DNA of 64,000 nt, taken from positions 178,126,001 through 178,190,000 of the forward strand of contig OX597816.1 in NCBI GenBank assembly GCA_951406725.2, given 5' to 3'. This DNA comes from Octopus vulgaris (Eukaryota). The notes under the pieces were generated by a model. The model was given only the letters and a program-made list of their open reading frames with translations, searched no databases and was not told where the DNA came from. This document shows, one piece after another, positions 1 to 13,012 of the stretch (its first letter is position 1; every line of letters begins with the position of its first letter). The position numbers and the translations under genes were made by a program.

Positions 1-2300
1 GCAACTTTTCCTTGTGTACATTCACTCTATTTAGTTTCTTTCTTATTGTCTGATATTGGGCATGTAGGGGCTTTTCTAACCATCACTTTATCATGGCATT
101 CTGAAACACTAGTTATAGCTTAAATTTTAGCTTTTACACAATTTCCGTTTATTCTTTTTCTTCATATAAGTCTGTTACTCTGGCATTTGATTTATATTTA
201 TTGACTTCCCTGATGATGGAAAGTAATTTTCTGTTTCGTTCTCTACTAAAGACTTCTTTTGTAGAGCCTCATTCGACATTTTATAGTAGCTTTCTTGCTG
301 CATACTCTCCTTCCCACATTTCTGTATCAGACTTTGGGTGATGTATTCTAAACGCAGTCATTATTTTCCTTTTTTCTTTCCCCGTGTGTTTTGTGTGTGT
401 GTGTGTGTGTGTGCGTGCGTGTGTGTGTGCGTGTGTGTGTATGTGTGTGTATATGTGTGTGTGTGTGCGTGCGTGTGTGTGTGTGTGTTCGTGCGTGTGT
501 GTGTGCGTGCGTGTGTGTGCGCGCACGCCTTCTCAACTTTTCTTTCATTTGCGTGTGTTAGACAATATCCAGTTCAAGGATCCTAAGTAATTCTTTTTCC
601 CGTTTCATGGCCAGTGTTCTCTTATTAGCGTTCTTAATTTTCTTCTCTTCGAGATCGTTTTGGCACATTTTTCAAAGCCGAATCTCATTATAGCTTCTTT
701 GATAAATCTATGAACTATCTGCAGTAGTGTTTCTTATTGCTTATCATGTGCTGCTTATTAGTTCGAGATCATTCATACACAAGTGTTGGTTGCTTGTCTT
801 ACACTAGTATTTGTTTCTAATGCCAGCAGGCAGAAAAGGGATGGGGAGAGCAATCCCCTTCCGGTTTCTTCTTCTAATGAGGATCGGTCTATTTTTTATA
901 AGCTCCCAAGTTGTTTGCATCTGTAAAATTGTTCGTCCTTTATTCATGACATGTATCGTGTATTTTCTTTTTATTGCCGCTATCTAATTCATGACTAGTG
1001 TTTCTAGGATCCATGTGTTTAGAATACTGTCCAAAGCTATCTGACAATCAATCTTTGCTCAGGTCTTTCTCCTTTAGTTTTTGGCTACAGTAATTGATTT
1101 TTACAACTAGATAAGTTTTTACAAAACCCCATCTGCCTCCCTCTAAACAAATTTTTTCTAGATGTTTGCTTAATCTCTGCAATATTATTGCTATTAAGGC
1201 TTAGCTGGTTGTAGGAAGGCAGGTTATGAGTTCGTAGTTTTAAGTATCTATGGTTTCTTTAGTTTGGGGGATTAAGATTCTCTCTGGTGCGCCAGTCAGG
1301 TGTTGTCTACAACTCCGTCAGTATTTCATTAAACTTCTCTGCCAGACTATTTAGTCTAACCAGAAGCTAGCAATCTAATCATGTCCTAGTGCTTTACAAT
1401 AGTTTGGCTTTGCAATGTCTGGATTTCTTTTTCCGTTGTTATGGCCATGCATGATTTTTCAGATGCTGTGTTCGTTGTTTTTACCAATCTTTTCCAAGGG
1501 GAATATCTTCGCTTCCTAAACTCCCCAACAAAATTCTTCTTTCCCTGCTGCTGGCGCTACATTGATTTCTATTTTATTTCTACCAAGTTCTTGATAAAAT
1601 CGTTTTGAGTTGGAGCCGACCTGTTTGTTTACTTCAAAGGGTTCATGGCGTTAATCATGCTCACCGATGAATTCTTTGCAATTTAGAGAGGATCGATAGT
1701 TTTAGCGTTCGATCATTTCAGGCACTTCTTGATTGTTATTGAGCAAAAGCAACTGCTTGCTAGCTTAATTAACAAAAATATTATTCTGAGATTCATTGAC
1801 AACACATTTTCTCACCTCTGCTTATTATAATCTCTCTATTTCTCAAGCTAGGATCTAATATTTTTCAATTTTCTCAATTTCCTAGAGAATACAAATTCTT
1901 TATAAGAAGGCAAAGTCAATAATCTTACATATTTTTCTTTTTCTTTACTCCAATATTATATCTAGTCTTCTTACTTTAAAGGTACGATCAGTTTCTATGC
2001 AGAAATCACATAAATTCATGTAATCAGTATTCACCCTACCAGCTTGTGAATCGTGTCTGTACCACTTTTCTGTCACTTCAAGTTTACAGGCTTAGCTAGC
2101 ATCTCAGTCCACTGAGATGCATTCAGGCCAGCGTTTATACGCTTTTTGCGTCAGCATACTGCTCAGAAGATAGATAAGCTTTCATCCTCTTTTCCACACA
2201 TTCTATATTTGCAGTTTAACTGAGTTTTATCAGTCTTTGTTTTTATCAAATTCATTGTAATGACGTTTTGCTGTATGGCTAGAATTGATTCGGTTTCTTG
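1..2300 (-). mobile_element. Highly decayed R4/Dong-like (RLE-type) non-LTR retrotransposon, RT region
   Basis: Minus-strand remnants in the expected order: NYELITCLPT (~NYRPITCLPT, ~1210-1240), CKNQLL (~1090-1110), a WILETL-like block (~1000-1050), a QGDSLSP-like block (~850), and [15 protein letters not shown] (~325-370, like RKLMTxxxxHPKSDVDRLY). Many stops and frameshifts; a TG microsatellite interrupts at 384-525. Confidence 0.7.
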
Positions 2301-2452
2301 TTTTTTCTCAAACACATCCATTATCAGACATGTTGAATAAAAATAAAAGTTGGTTTCGCCAAAAATTTAACTCAGAACTTAAAGAGTCGAAAGAAATATG
2401 GCTAGCCTTTTCTCCGAAGCTCTAACAACTCATCCAGCTTACCAACAACAAC

Positions 2453-2464
2453 AACAACAACAAC

Positions 2465-2523
<59 letters not shown>

Positions 2524-2536
2524 TAATAACAATAAT

Positions 2537-2581
<45 letters not shown>

Positions 2582-2601
2582 AATAATAATAATAATAATA
2601 A
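2453..2601 (+). repeat. (AAC)n/(AAT)n microsatellite
   Basis: Directly visible; abuts the 3' end of the minus-strand family B SINE fragment. Confidence 0.95.
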
Positions 2602-2755
2602 TGGCTTAATATTTTGGCACGAAACCAGCCAGTTCTAGGGAGGGGTTAAGTCAATTACGTCAACACCACTGTTCAACTGTACTTATTTTACCGACTCCGA
2701 AAGAATGAAAGCAAAGTCAACCTCAGCGGAATTTGAACTCAGAACATAAAGACGA
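2602..2755 (-). mobile_element. SINE family B fragment (Meta-domain-like)
   Basis: Reverse strand reads GAGTTCAAATTCCGCTGAGGTTGACTTTGCTTTCATTCTTTCGGAGTCGGTAAAATAAGTACAG; similar to copies at 13013, 23160 and 40872. Confidence 0.75.
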
Positions 2756-2757
2756 AC

Positions 2758-2890
2758 TTAGCTGTTCGGCAAAAGAGTTAGATAGTACCAGGCTCAAAAA
2801 TAAATACTGAGGTCAAATCACTAGACTAAAATTTCTTCAAGGCAATGCCGCAGCATGGCCGCAGTCTAATAACTGAAACAAGAAAAGATA
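2758..2890 (+). mobile_element. SINE family A 3' fragment (old)
   Basis: GTTCGGCAAAA...CAGCATGGCCGCAGTC...ACTGAAACAAG matches the tail of the main SINE. Confidence 0.7.
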
Positions 2891-3712
2891 ACAGATACCA
2901 CGAATATTAAAGGAACCAGTTTTGCTTTTGCTCTTACATGGACAAAATTTCCTGAACAAAGAATCAACTGAAAGAATTTTGTAGCACCTATCAGTGGTTC
3001 TTTTCCCCCAATGTCTAATCCTATGAAGCACAAAGAGAGATCAATACCACTGTGCTTACAGAAGTACGGTGGAAGTTTCCACTTCACAACCAAACAACAG
3101 TTAGAAGAAAATAGCGCGAGATATCCGGAGAAATTTCCTCGATTGAGAGGATAAAGATTATGGGACTGCCTGTCGTATTTTTAGGATCTATGTCAAAATA
3201 CAGGCTGAAATATATAGAGCGCTGCCCATACTCTTGTGCCTCATTATTTGAGCAGAGAAATAGGAAGGTAGCCTTCATGGGTATTAGCAATGATGTTTAA
3301 CAGTGGCTGGTCGTCACTTATGAGCAAGTCGTTAACACAGAAGTAACGATAAGTAAAACGTGATCGGGAGGAGTAAGTCCCAATCTTCCATCTGCGAAAA
3401 CCACTGGAGTTGTGCTGAGTTGAGAGCGTCGAGACAAAGAGCGTGAATCCGACTGTGTAGGGCAAACGGCTTAGTTATTATACATGTAGTAAAAACCACT
3501 TGAGTGTCTTTGGCGCAATAGAATTGGAGAAGAAAGAAGTAGAGAGCTGCAAAGAGAATGCAAGGAAGCAACAAGATCAACAGACTCCAGTCTTCAATGC
3601 ATTTGCATCCAACACAAGTAGCAAACGAGTAGCAAACGAGCAGTGTTGTCTGGGTCTTTGGCACAACGTGACTAAAGTGTTCTCTTTTGTGTTTGGGTGG
3701 GTTAACATAGTT

Positions 3713-3904
3713 TTTTGTTTCAGCCATTTGACTGTGGCGATGATGGAACACCGCCTTTAGTCGAAGAAATTGAACCCAGAACTTATTTTTGGTATACCTA
3801 GTTCATATTCTATCGATTTTTCTTGCCGACCGCTAAGTAATGGGAACGTAAACACACCAAGATTGGCTGTCAAGCGATGGAGGAGAGACAAACACAAACA
3901 CCAA

Positions 3905-3944
<40 letters not shown>

Positions 3945-4104
3945 ACAGGCTTCATTCAGTTTCCGTCTACCAAATCTACACACAAGGCTTTGTTCGGCCG
4001 GAGGCTATAGTAGAAAACACTTTGCCCAAGGTGCCACACCGAGGGACTGGAACCGGAACCATGTGGTTGATTAACAAGCTTCTTACCACACAGCCACACT
4101 TGCG

Positions 4105-4106
<2 letters not shown>
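3713..4106 (-). mobile_element. tRNA-derived SINE family A (Octopus OK/OR-type), full length
   Basis: Head GGCGCAAGTGTGGCTGTGTGG (A box), GGTTCCAGTCCC (B-box-like), internal TA tract, tail ACTGAAACAA-like. About 20 related copies in the window. Confidence 0.9.
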
Positions 4107-4158
<52 letters not shown>

Positions 4159-4160
4159 TA

Positions 4161-4500
4161 GGCACAAGCGGTACCTTGGACAAGTGTCTTCTACTATAGC
4201 CTCGGGCCGACCAAAGCCTTGTGAGTGAACTTGGCAGACTGAAAGAAGCCCGTCGTATATATGTGTGTTTATTTGTGTGTGTGTTTGTGTGTCTGTGTTT
4301 GCCCCCAACCCCAACATCGCTTGACAACCGATGCTGGTGTGCTTACATCCCCGTAACCTATCGGTTGGGTAAGCGACCGATAGAACAAGTACTAGTCTTA
4401 CAAAGAATAAGTCCTGGGGTCAATTTGCTCGACTGAAGGCGGTGCTCCAGCATGGCCGCAGTCAAATGACTGAAACAAGTAAAAGAATAAAAGAATAAAA
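4161..4500 (+). mobile_element. SINE family A, head internally deleted
   Basis: Body and tail match family A; head-to-head with the 3713-4106 copy across a (TA)n tract. Confidence 0.88.
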
Positions 4501-4599
4501 GAAAGAATATATATATATATCTATAAGCAATAACAAATCTCTGAGCGAAGTATAGACAGTAGCTGCACGACATCGTGAAGTATATTTGCCACTTAAATG

Positions 4600-5025
4600 T
4601 GGCTAATCCTTAAGGGTGGATGCTATTGTAGGTTGTAGCCCCAGGAACGCATCACCATCTGGCTATTGACACACTTTCTGTGCCTTATCAGTATTTGCAA
4701 AGATAAGTCATCCTTCCCATATCCAACTTAACGTGATACACAGGGAGCCGGATTTCTGGGTATTGATCCGTCATCAGCGTGTGACAATCACCGGTTGTCG
4801 ATGTGAAGTTGTTCCCACTGCAAATATATATATCCATTTTCCAGTGACGAAAAGTCCCTGATATCTTTATATGTATATTTCTACCGTAAATTTATAATAC
4901 AAATAAGAAAATGCAGAAACAAATTTAGTTTGTTCATCAACTTACGGATTATAATCTAACATTATAATATCCGTAAGTTGATGAACAAACTAAATTTGTT
5001 TCTCCAATTTCTTATTTGTATTATA
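4600..5025 (-). mobile_element. PLE pseudo-LTR-like element with degenerate hammerhead (4739-4783) plus hairpin 4893-5025
   Basis: 4600-4850 is a diverged inverted homolog of 6086-6360. Minus strand reads CACACG-CTGATGA-CGG...CCA-GAAA-TCCGGC-TC-CCTGTG. Confidence 0.6.
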
Positions 5026-5035
5026 TATTTATATA

Positions 5036-5108
<73 letters not shown>

Positions 5109-5110
<2 letters not shown>

Positions 5111-5445
5111 CGCAGGAGTGGCTGTGTGGTTCCGGGTTCAGTCCCACTGCGTGGCACCTTGGGCTAGTGTCTTCTAGTATAGCCTCGGGCCGACCAAAGC
5201 CTTGTGAGCGGATTTGGTAGACGGAAAGTGAAAGAAGCGTGTATGTGCGTGTATATTTGTGTGTCTGTGTTTGTCCCCCTAGCATTGCTTGACAACCGAT
5301 GCTGGTGTGTTTATGTCCCCGTCACTTAGCGGTTCGGCAAAAGAGACCGATAGAATAAGTACTGGGCTTACAAAGAATAAGTCCCAGGGTCGAGTTACTC
5401 GATTAAAGGCGGTGCTCCAGTATGACCGCAGTCAAAATGACTGAA
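5109..5445 (+). mobile_element. SINE family A
   Basis: GGCGCAGGAGTGGCTGTGTGG...GGTTCAGTCCC through tail; small head deletion. Confidence 0.9.
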
Positions 5446-5520
5446 AAAGTATTAGAAAATATATATATACTGGAAAGGCAATACTCTCGTATTGCATTAC
5501 TAATTTTATATATATATATG

Positions 5521-5563
<43 letters not shown>

Positions 5564-5608
5564 ATATTTATATATATATGTTTGTATATTTATAGATACA
5601 CTTATATT

Positions 5609-5677
<69 letters not shown>

Positions 5678-5776
5678 TTGTATATTTATATATATATATT
5701 TATATATATAGCTGAAACTGGAAAAATCAAAATCAATCAAAATCATATTTATATATACATATATATATACATATAC

Positions 5777-5881
<105 letters not shown>

Positions 5882-5938
5882 ACCGTTGGCGATTTTTTTT
5901 CCTCTGTCTTCCCTTCTCTGGATCTTTCCTTCTCCTAT

Positions 5939-5966
5939 GTTTCTGACGAAGAGCTCCGCTCGAAAC
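5939..5966 (+). ncRNA. Truncated minimal hammerhead motif
   Basis: GTTT-CTGACGA-A-GAGC-TCC-GCTC-GAAAC, then interrupted. A copy with the 3' part intact is at 18187-18221 (-). Confidence 0.6.
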
Positions 5967-5970
5967 TCGA

Positions 5971-6357
5971 AGCGTGTGACAATCATGGTTGTCGATGAGA
6001 AGTCAGATCCCCTCACAAATACATATACTTTTTCCAGTGTCGATTTGACACTGATGTTGAAAAAGTGAAATTTATCATTGTTTGATTTCACTTTTTCAAC
6101 ATCAGAGTCAAATCGACACTGGAAAAAGTATATGTATTTGTGAGGGGATCTGACTTCTTATCGACAACCATGATTGTCACACGCTGATGAAAGGTAAAGA
6201 CCTTGAAACTCGGGTACGTGTGTATCATGTGTTGAAGACGGGGAGGATGACTTCCCTTCACAAATACTGACAGGACACAGATAGTGTGTCTATAGCCAGC
6301 TGGAGGAGGTATCTTCCTGGGGCTACAAACTACAGTAGCATCCACCCTTATGGGTTA

Positions 6358-6360
<3 letters not shown>
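5971..6360 (+). mobile_element. Fold-back PLE pseudo-LTR-like element (arms 5971-6070 / 6086-6185, tail to ~6360)
   Basis: ~100 bp inverted repeat with about 2 mismatches. The right arm continues into a hammerhead and a tail ending at (TA)n. Confidence 0.75.
6178..6222 (+). ncRNA. Type I minimal hammerhead ribozyme
   Basis: Stem I CACACG/CGTGTG; core CTGATGA; stem II AAGGT-AAAG-ACCTT; GAAAC-TCGG-GTA. Predicted cleavage after A6216. Confidence 0.85.
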
Positions 6361-6423
<63 letters not shown>

Positions 6424-6582
6424 TGTATATATTTATATATATATATATATACGCAACAAGAAATGGAGGGGATCAAGAGGTGGTATTCATCAACTTTTAG
6501 ACATATTATGTCTATTGATTTATTTTTTAAAAAGTAGTTATAATAATATACATATTAAGCTTTACAAATATGATATATAAAA

Positions 6583-6936
6583 ATACCAGTAATTATTAAA
6601 ATATATAACGTAGAACATAGAAAGTAGTATATTTTCTTACAGCTGTTTCAGTCAAGAGGTCATAGTACCCCACTTTACTACCATACCTTCAGTGAACTGA
6701 AGTATTTGGTAGATAAGATTAAGTTACTTGGGTGTGTCTCTGGGCTTCGTGACAGAGTTTAGGAAGTTAATGAGGTTAAAACAACTTTTTACCCTCACCC
6801 ATTTATTACATTCAGTAGTGTAATTGCCACGCAATGAGAAAACACTTGTGTATTAATAATTGGGTATTCTGCCAGCAATATATTAGATAGATATTATCCC
6901 TTAGTGGGTTGGATTCATAACCTCTAACTCTCTTGG

Positions 6937-7000
<64 letters not shown>

Positions 7001-7216
7001 GTGTGAGTGTGTGTGTGTTTTAACCTTATTAACTTCCTAAACTCTGTCACGAAGCCCAGAGACACACCCAAGTAACTTAATCTTATCTACCAAATACTTC
7101 AGTTCACTGAAGGTATGGTAGTAAAGTGGGGTACTATGACCTCGTGACTGAAACAGCTGTAAGAAACTATCCTACTTTCTATGTTCTACGTTATATATTT
7201 TAATAATTACTGGTAT
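6583..7216. repeat. Inverted repeat (arms ~6583-6782 / ~7017-7216) carrying degenerate hammerheads
   Basis: ~200 bp arms with few mismatches. Each carries CTGAAGG...GAAAC-AGCT-GTA-AGAA (7104-7165 +, mirrored at ~6634-6700 -). Confidence 0.85.
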
Positions 7217-7229
7217 ATGTATGTATGTA

Positions 7230-7310
<81 letters not shown>

Positions 7311-7501
7311 ATTAGGGCTTAGTAAAATAAATTACTTTGCCACATACTGAACTTAATAGAAATAGCAGCCCAAAAAAATTTTTCCTAGCATTTCTACTAC
7401 TTAAAGAAAATTTCTCTCAGATAATTTCTCTCAGACAATTACCCTCAATTGTTGATATATATATATATATATATATATATAAATTCAATCACTTACCGTT
7501 A

Positions 7502-7566
7502 ATAGCGGACATATGTTTCTGGATCGCAAACGTGGAAAACAGTTTGAATTCCGTCATCGGCGCTAT
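7502..7566 (-). ncRNA. Type I hammerhead ribozyme, U4C core variant
   Basis: Minus strand: ATAGCG-CCGATGA-CGGA...CAAAC..GTTTG..TCCA-GAAAC-ATAT-GTC-CGCTAT. 6 bp stem I, palindromic loop, GUC site. Confidence 0.75.
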
Positions 7567-7929
7567 ATTCGATAGTTTTACTAAATGCCACTAGCCCTCA
7601 CTTCTGACCCAGCGACATCAGATAGTGGGGGGAAAAGTGCAGATGTTAAAACTAAGTAGCGACTGGGAACGTAAATTTTCCCTCCAAAATTCTGCCATGC
7701 GCGCTTTCTGGGTAATCGTAATGGAATGAGGAATCCACATGGTAATTCAATAAAAATGGTAAATAATTTTCCTGTGGTTTATCATGTAACCAACAATTAT
7801 TTACCGGTAAAATTCGGTATGTAAATACGACAAATTAATTGTCAAGACCTTTGTAAGGTTCAGTATATAGTAAAGAAAAATAAGAAGGTTAACAGCAGGC
7901 TGTTTCACCTCATACCGAAGGAATTAGAA

Positions 7930-9595
7930 ATGGCAGTCAAAGACCGTTTTTCCAATTTCTATAAGTGGAGAATCCAAAAACGAAGGCCCTTCGTTTTTGA
8001 AGATGTTGATATCACACTGGCCATAGATGAGATTGGCACAAACTCAGCTACTGGACCTGATGGATTTCCAGCGATCCTTCTCAAATCGTGCAAACGAGCC
8101 CTTGCAAAACCGCTACAGCTTCTTTTTCAGAGCTTTCTTGCAAGTGGTAAGCTCCCAGTCAAATTGAAAGAGGGGGTAATATGCCCTATCCATAAGGGAG
8201 GAAGCAGAGCAGATGCTAAAAATTATAGGCCTATCTCTCTGACCTCACACATCAGTCATGGAACGAATAGCCCGCAAGAAATTAATCATGTTCCTTGAAG
8301 AAAATGACTTGCTGACTGACACCCAGCATGGATTTCGACCACGTAGAAGCTGCCTAACACAGTTCCTGCAACACTATGACTGGGTGTTAAAACAGCTACT
8401 AAATGGCCCAAGTGTGGATGTGATATATCTCGACTTTGCAAAAGCCTTTGATAAAGTCGACCACGGTATCTGTCACAAACTGCGTGGTCTCGGCATAGGC
8501 GGAAAACTTGGAGAGTGGCTGCACAACTTCCTAAAAGACAGAAGACAGGCAGTTGTGACCAATGGAGCCACCTCCAAGGAAACACAAATAACAGGCGGTG
8601 TTCCACAGGGCACTGTCTTGTAGCCACTGCTGTTGATAGTGGCCCTTTCAGACATGCCCTCAGTTGCTAAGATGGCCACTCTTGCTAGCTATGCAGATGA
8701 CACAAAAGTCTCCCACACAATACAAAACTCTGGAAATATTACACATCTGCAACAGGAGTTGGATACAATATACAGGTGGGCTGAGGACAACAACATGCAG
8801 TTTAATGCAGGTAAGTTCGAGGCCCTGCGCTACCGGCACACAAAGGTAAACGACATGCAGACTGGATAGGCTGGCCCGGGAAGAATTGCAATTCCTGAGT
8901 TAAAATCAGTGCGTGACCTGGGCATTGACATGAGCAATGATGCATCTTTCCAAGTACATATTACTAATTTGGTGATAAAATGCAGACAGCTAGCTGGATG
9001 GATTCTCCGAACTTTCTGAACAAGAGAGAAGGAGACACTGACGGTCCTTTGGAGGACATTCGTCCTCAGCCGCTTGGACTACTGCTCCAAACTATGGTCA
9101 CCACACAATATAAAGCTAACAGCAGAACTCGAAGCAATTCAAAGAAGCTACACTAAGAAGATCATCTCAATGCAACATATCAGCTACTGGGAAAGACTGA
9201 AAGTATTAAAACTCTTCTCCCTGGAGCGAAAGCGGGAGAGATATGCAGTGATATACATATGGAAAATCCTGGAGAGTCTTGTCCCGAATTTTGGCATTGA
9301 AAGTTACTCCAATAGCAGAACGGGGCGCCACTGCATGGTGCCAAAGATCCCAACATCACCATCAAAATACAGGACCAGATACTGCAACAGCTTGGGTTTC
9401 AGGGGACCACAGCTTTTCAATATCCTTCCTAAATGCCTGAGAGACTTGCATGGTGTTGATGTGGGTTTCTTTAAAACTAAATTGAATCTCTTCTTGTCAG
9501 GGGTTCCAGATGAACCTACCTCTCGACAGGAGACACAGATGCGGGCAGCGGCATCGAACTCCTTTGTTGACCATGTGCCACGTATCAGAGGTGGT
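7930..9595 (+). mobile_element. 5'-truncated CR1-like LINE, RT pseudogene
   Basis: GPDGFP, PIHKGGSR, NYRPISLTS, QHGFRPRRSCLTQ, YLDFAKAFDKVDH, GVPQGTVL, YADDTK, C-terminal RAAASNS. Frameshifts and stops present. Confidence 0.93.
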
Positions 9596-9597
9596 TT

Positions 9598-10910
9598 CAC
9601 CTCGTCAGAATAATGAGAAATGTGTCCCGCATGTGCGAGCCTACAGAGTTAAAGAGACACATACAAAATTTCATTCACCGCATGCAGTTCTCAGGTTACA
9701 GCCATAAAGAAAGGATCAGAGTATACAAAGGAGCCATGAAGAAATTTGATAATATATTATGTAATAATAGGAATGGGATTTGCCCACTCTATAGGAACAA
9801 GTCATGGAACACTATAGAAAGGACAAAAAAGAAAATAGGGAAGGCCAACTCTTGGTATGATAGCCGTAAATACCAGAGTGTCATGTTCGTTGACACCGCC
9901 CCTGGAGGTGAACTGGCGTACTGCTTTAGAAGGACCCTAGACTAAGCTAAGGATTAAGGTTGTTGAAAAGCCAGGCAACCCTATCAAATCCATTATCGGT
10001 AGAACCTACCCTTTTAGTAGAACCCCCTGTACGTATAGGTACTGTACTGTGTGTAGATTTAGCCCACAAACAAACTGTAATGCCAGAAATGTAGTCTATA
10101 GTATAAGATGTATAGAAGGATGATGCAGTAACAAGACAGTAACATACGTAGGGGAAACGGCATAGGAGAGCGGGTAAATGGATATTAGAGAGAACTTAAG
10201 GAAGGTAAAAGCTCATCGATTCTGTACCAACACGCCGAACAGGAACACGGGGGATCAATCAACAACATAGAAGTTAAAATCTTGTCCACACATAGAACAG
10301 ATGCAACAATTAGACAAATTACAGAAGCTACACACATAATAGAAGATAAACCTAGCCTGAATAGGAAACTGGAATGGAACACTGGCACACACCACAACAT
10401 ATGACGGTAGAGGATCCCCATAAACTGGTTACAATATAAACAAAACCGAAAACATAATAAATAAAATACACAGATAAATAAACAAATAGAAATAAATAAC
10501 TATATAAGTTTTTTTGTTTAATTTAAAATATTTTTATTATTATTATTATTATTATTACTAGTATTGTTGTTATACATACATACAAGCATACGTAATGATA
10601 ATAATAATAATAATAATAAGTGGATGTAAACACATGAACAAAATAAGAATAAACAAAAACAATAACAACAAAAACAAATTACACGAACGTATATAAACAG
10701 AAGATGCAAATATTACAGGCACCCACCACCCCCACACACACACACTAAATAAACATAGACGCACATAGAGATATAAGCATGCGCAAATGAAGACATACAA
10801 TAGAAATACAAAATGGCTGACGGTTAGTAAGGAGAGACACACAAATAAGAAAGAAGAAAGCAAAGGACCACTGATGCGGTCATAGGAGTGTGACGAAAGA
10901 ACTCTGGCCA
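9598..10910 (+). mobile_element. Penelope-like element 3' part: RT thumb, Cys-rich linker, C-terminal GIY-YIG, downstream hammerhead
   Basis: MQFSGY...PLYRNKSW...VMFVDTAPGGEL...IKVVEKPG...C..YCTVC...CNARNVVYSIRC...YVGET...LYQHAEQEH...IRQITEATHI...PSLNRKLEW (to ~10380). Confidence 0.85.
10868..10907 (+). ncRNA. Degenerate hammerhead downstream of the PLE GIY-YIG ORF
   Basis: CCA-CTGATGC-G-GTCA-TAGGAGTG-TGAC-GAAA-GAAC-TC-TGG; one core substitution (A9 to C). Confidence 0.55.
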
Positions 10911-11288
10911 AAATAAGATTAAGATTAATGTAAAAAATAAATAACACTGAAGCAAAATAGCACCAAATATATAGTGCGTGTATTTTTATTGGCTAAACTG
11001 GCAATATGACCATTCCGAAATATAACAATATATATATATATATATTTATATGTGAAATAGAAAGATGAATAATCTTGTAGTAGATTAATCAAAAGTTTAA
11101 CCGATACCTTAGTAGCAAAAATCACAGCAGTAAACAGCACGGTTGGAGGTACAACCATATGGTGTTGCAACCGTGCGTTGGTGCGGATAATTGAAATTAA
11201 AACATTATTGGTGAATTTAAGAAATGGAGCTGAACGCAGATTGAACAGAAATCGTTTTATTTCATTCTACACGTGTTGCCTATATCTC

Positions 11289-11669
11289 TCTATATATAAA
11301 CGGCAGTTTGTCTGTGCGTGTTTCTGTGTGTCTGTTTTCTCGTACCCTCACCCTGACCACGGCTTTCAACCGATTCTGATGAAACTTGACACACACATAG
11401 CCCAATGTCATAATTCAAAACTAACGCAGCGAAAATTTTGAAAAGTTCCCCAGTTCTGAAGAAAATCGATAAATTCGACATGGGGTCGAGAATCAGGAAT
11501 ACGAACCACAAACTGTCTAGGGGACGCAACTCCATCCTTTTTTAACTCTCAAAAAAAAATTTACCATCATTTTTTTCCATTTTTTGGCTATTTTTTGGCT
11601 ATAACTCTATAAAAATGCTTTGTAGTTATTTCCCTTACAAACCTGAGCAACGCCGGGCGATACTGCTAG
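11289..11669 (+). mobile_element. Non-autonomous Helitron
   Basis: 5' TCTATATATAAA, GTCTGT-type microsatellite, CAACCGATT..GAAACTTG, and a GC-rich 3' end GCAACGCCGGGCGATACTGCTAG followed by T. Confidence 0.8.
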
Positions 11670-11700
11670 TATATTTATATATATATATATATATTTATTT

Positions 11701-11733
<33 letters not shown>

Positions 11734-11816
11734 ATATTTATTTATATATATATATATTTATATATATATATGTTTATTTATATATATTTATATATATAAA
11801 TATATATATAAATATA

Positions 11817-12195
11817 CTAGCAGTATCGCCCGGCGTTGCTCAGGTTTGTAAGGGAAATAACTATAAAGCACTTTTAGAGAGTTATAGCCAAAAAATAGCA
11901 AAAAAATGGAAAAAAAATGATGGTAAATTTTTTTTGAGAGTTAAAAAAGGTAGAGTTGCGTCCCCTAGACGGTCTGTGGTTTGGGTTTCTAATTCTCGAC
12001 CCCATGTCGAATTTATCGATTTTTTTCAGAACTGGGGAACTTTTCAAAATTTTCGCTGCGTTAGTTTTGAATTATGACATTGGGCTATGTGTGTGTCAAG
12101 TTTCATCAGAATCGGTTGAAAGCCGTGGTCAGAGTGAGGGTACGAGAAAACAGACACACAGAAACACGCACAGACAAACTGCCGTTTATATAGAG
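11817..12195 (-). mobile_element. Non-autonomous Helitron, inverted second copy
   Basis: Near-identical reverse complement of 11289-11669, tail-to-tail across an AT tract. Confidence 0.8.
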
Positions 12196-12284
12196 AGAGA
12201 TTTATATATATAAATATATATATATATATTTATATATATATGTATATATTTATATACATATATATTTATGTATATATATACAGA

Positions 12285-12572
<288 letters not shown>

Positions 12573-12965
12573 GCAGGAGTGGCTGTGTGGTATGTAGCAT
12601 GCTTACCAACCACATGGTTCTGTGTTCAGTCCCACTGCGTGGCACCTTTGGCGAGTTTCTTAGACTATAGCCTGGGGCCGACCAAAGCCTTGTGAGTGGA
12701 TTTGGTAGTCGGAAACTGAAAGAAGCCCATCGTATATATATGTACGTGAGTGTGTTTGTGTGTATGTGTTTGTCCCCCCAACATCGCTTAACAACCGATG
12801 CTTGTGTGTTTACGTTCCTGTAACAACAGTGGTTCGACAAAAGAGTCCGATAGAATAAGTACTAGGTTTACAAAGAATAAGTCCTGGGGTCGATTTGCTC
12901 GACAAAAGGCGGTGCTGCAGCATGAACGCAGTCAAATGACTGAAGCAATTAGAGGAATAAAAGAA
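12573..12965 (+). mobile_element. SINE family A
   Basis: Full head, body and tail match. Confidence 0.9.
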
Positions 12966-13012
12966 AAGAATTGCTGGGTTCGGCTGCTCTACATTGATAA
13001 GTTGCAAATACC

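Noticed and set aside
2900-3700. Non-repetitive ORFs of 70-140 aa
   Set aside because: No recognisable domain or splice context; probably old element debris.
10121-10123. In-frame TGA next to Cys in the PLE GIY-YIG domain (CIEG*C) as selenocysteine
   Set aside because: The ORF has other stops and frameshifts and I see no SECIS, so decay is the simpler explanation.
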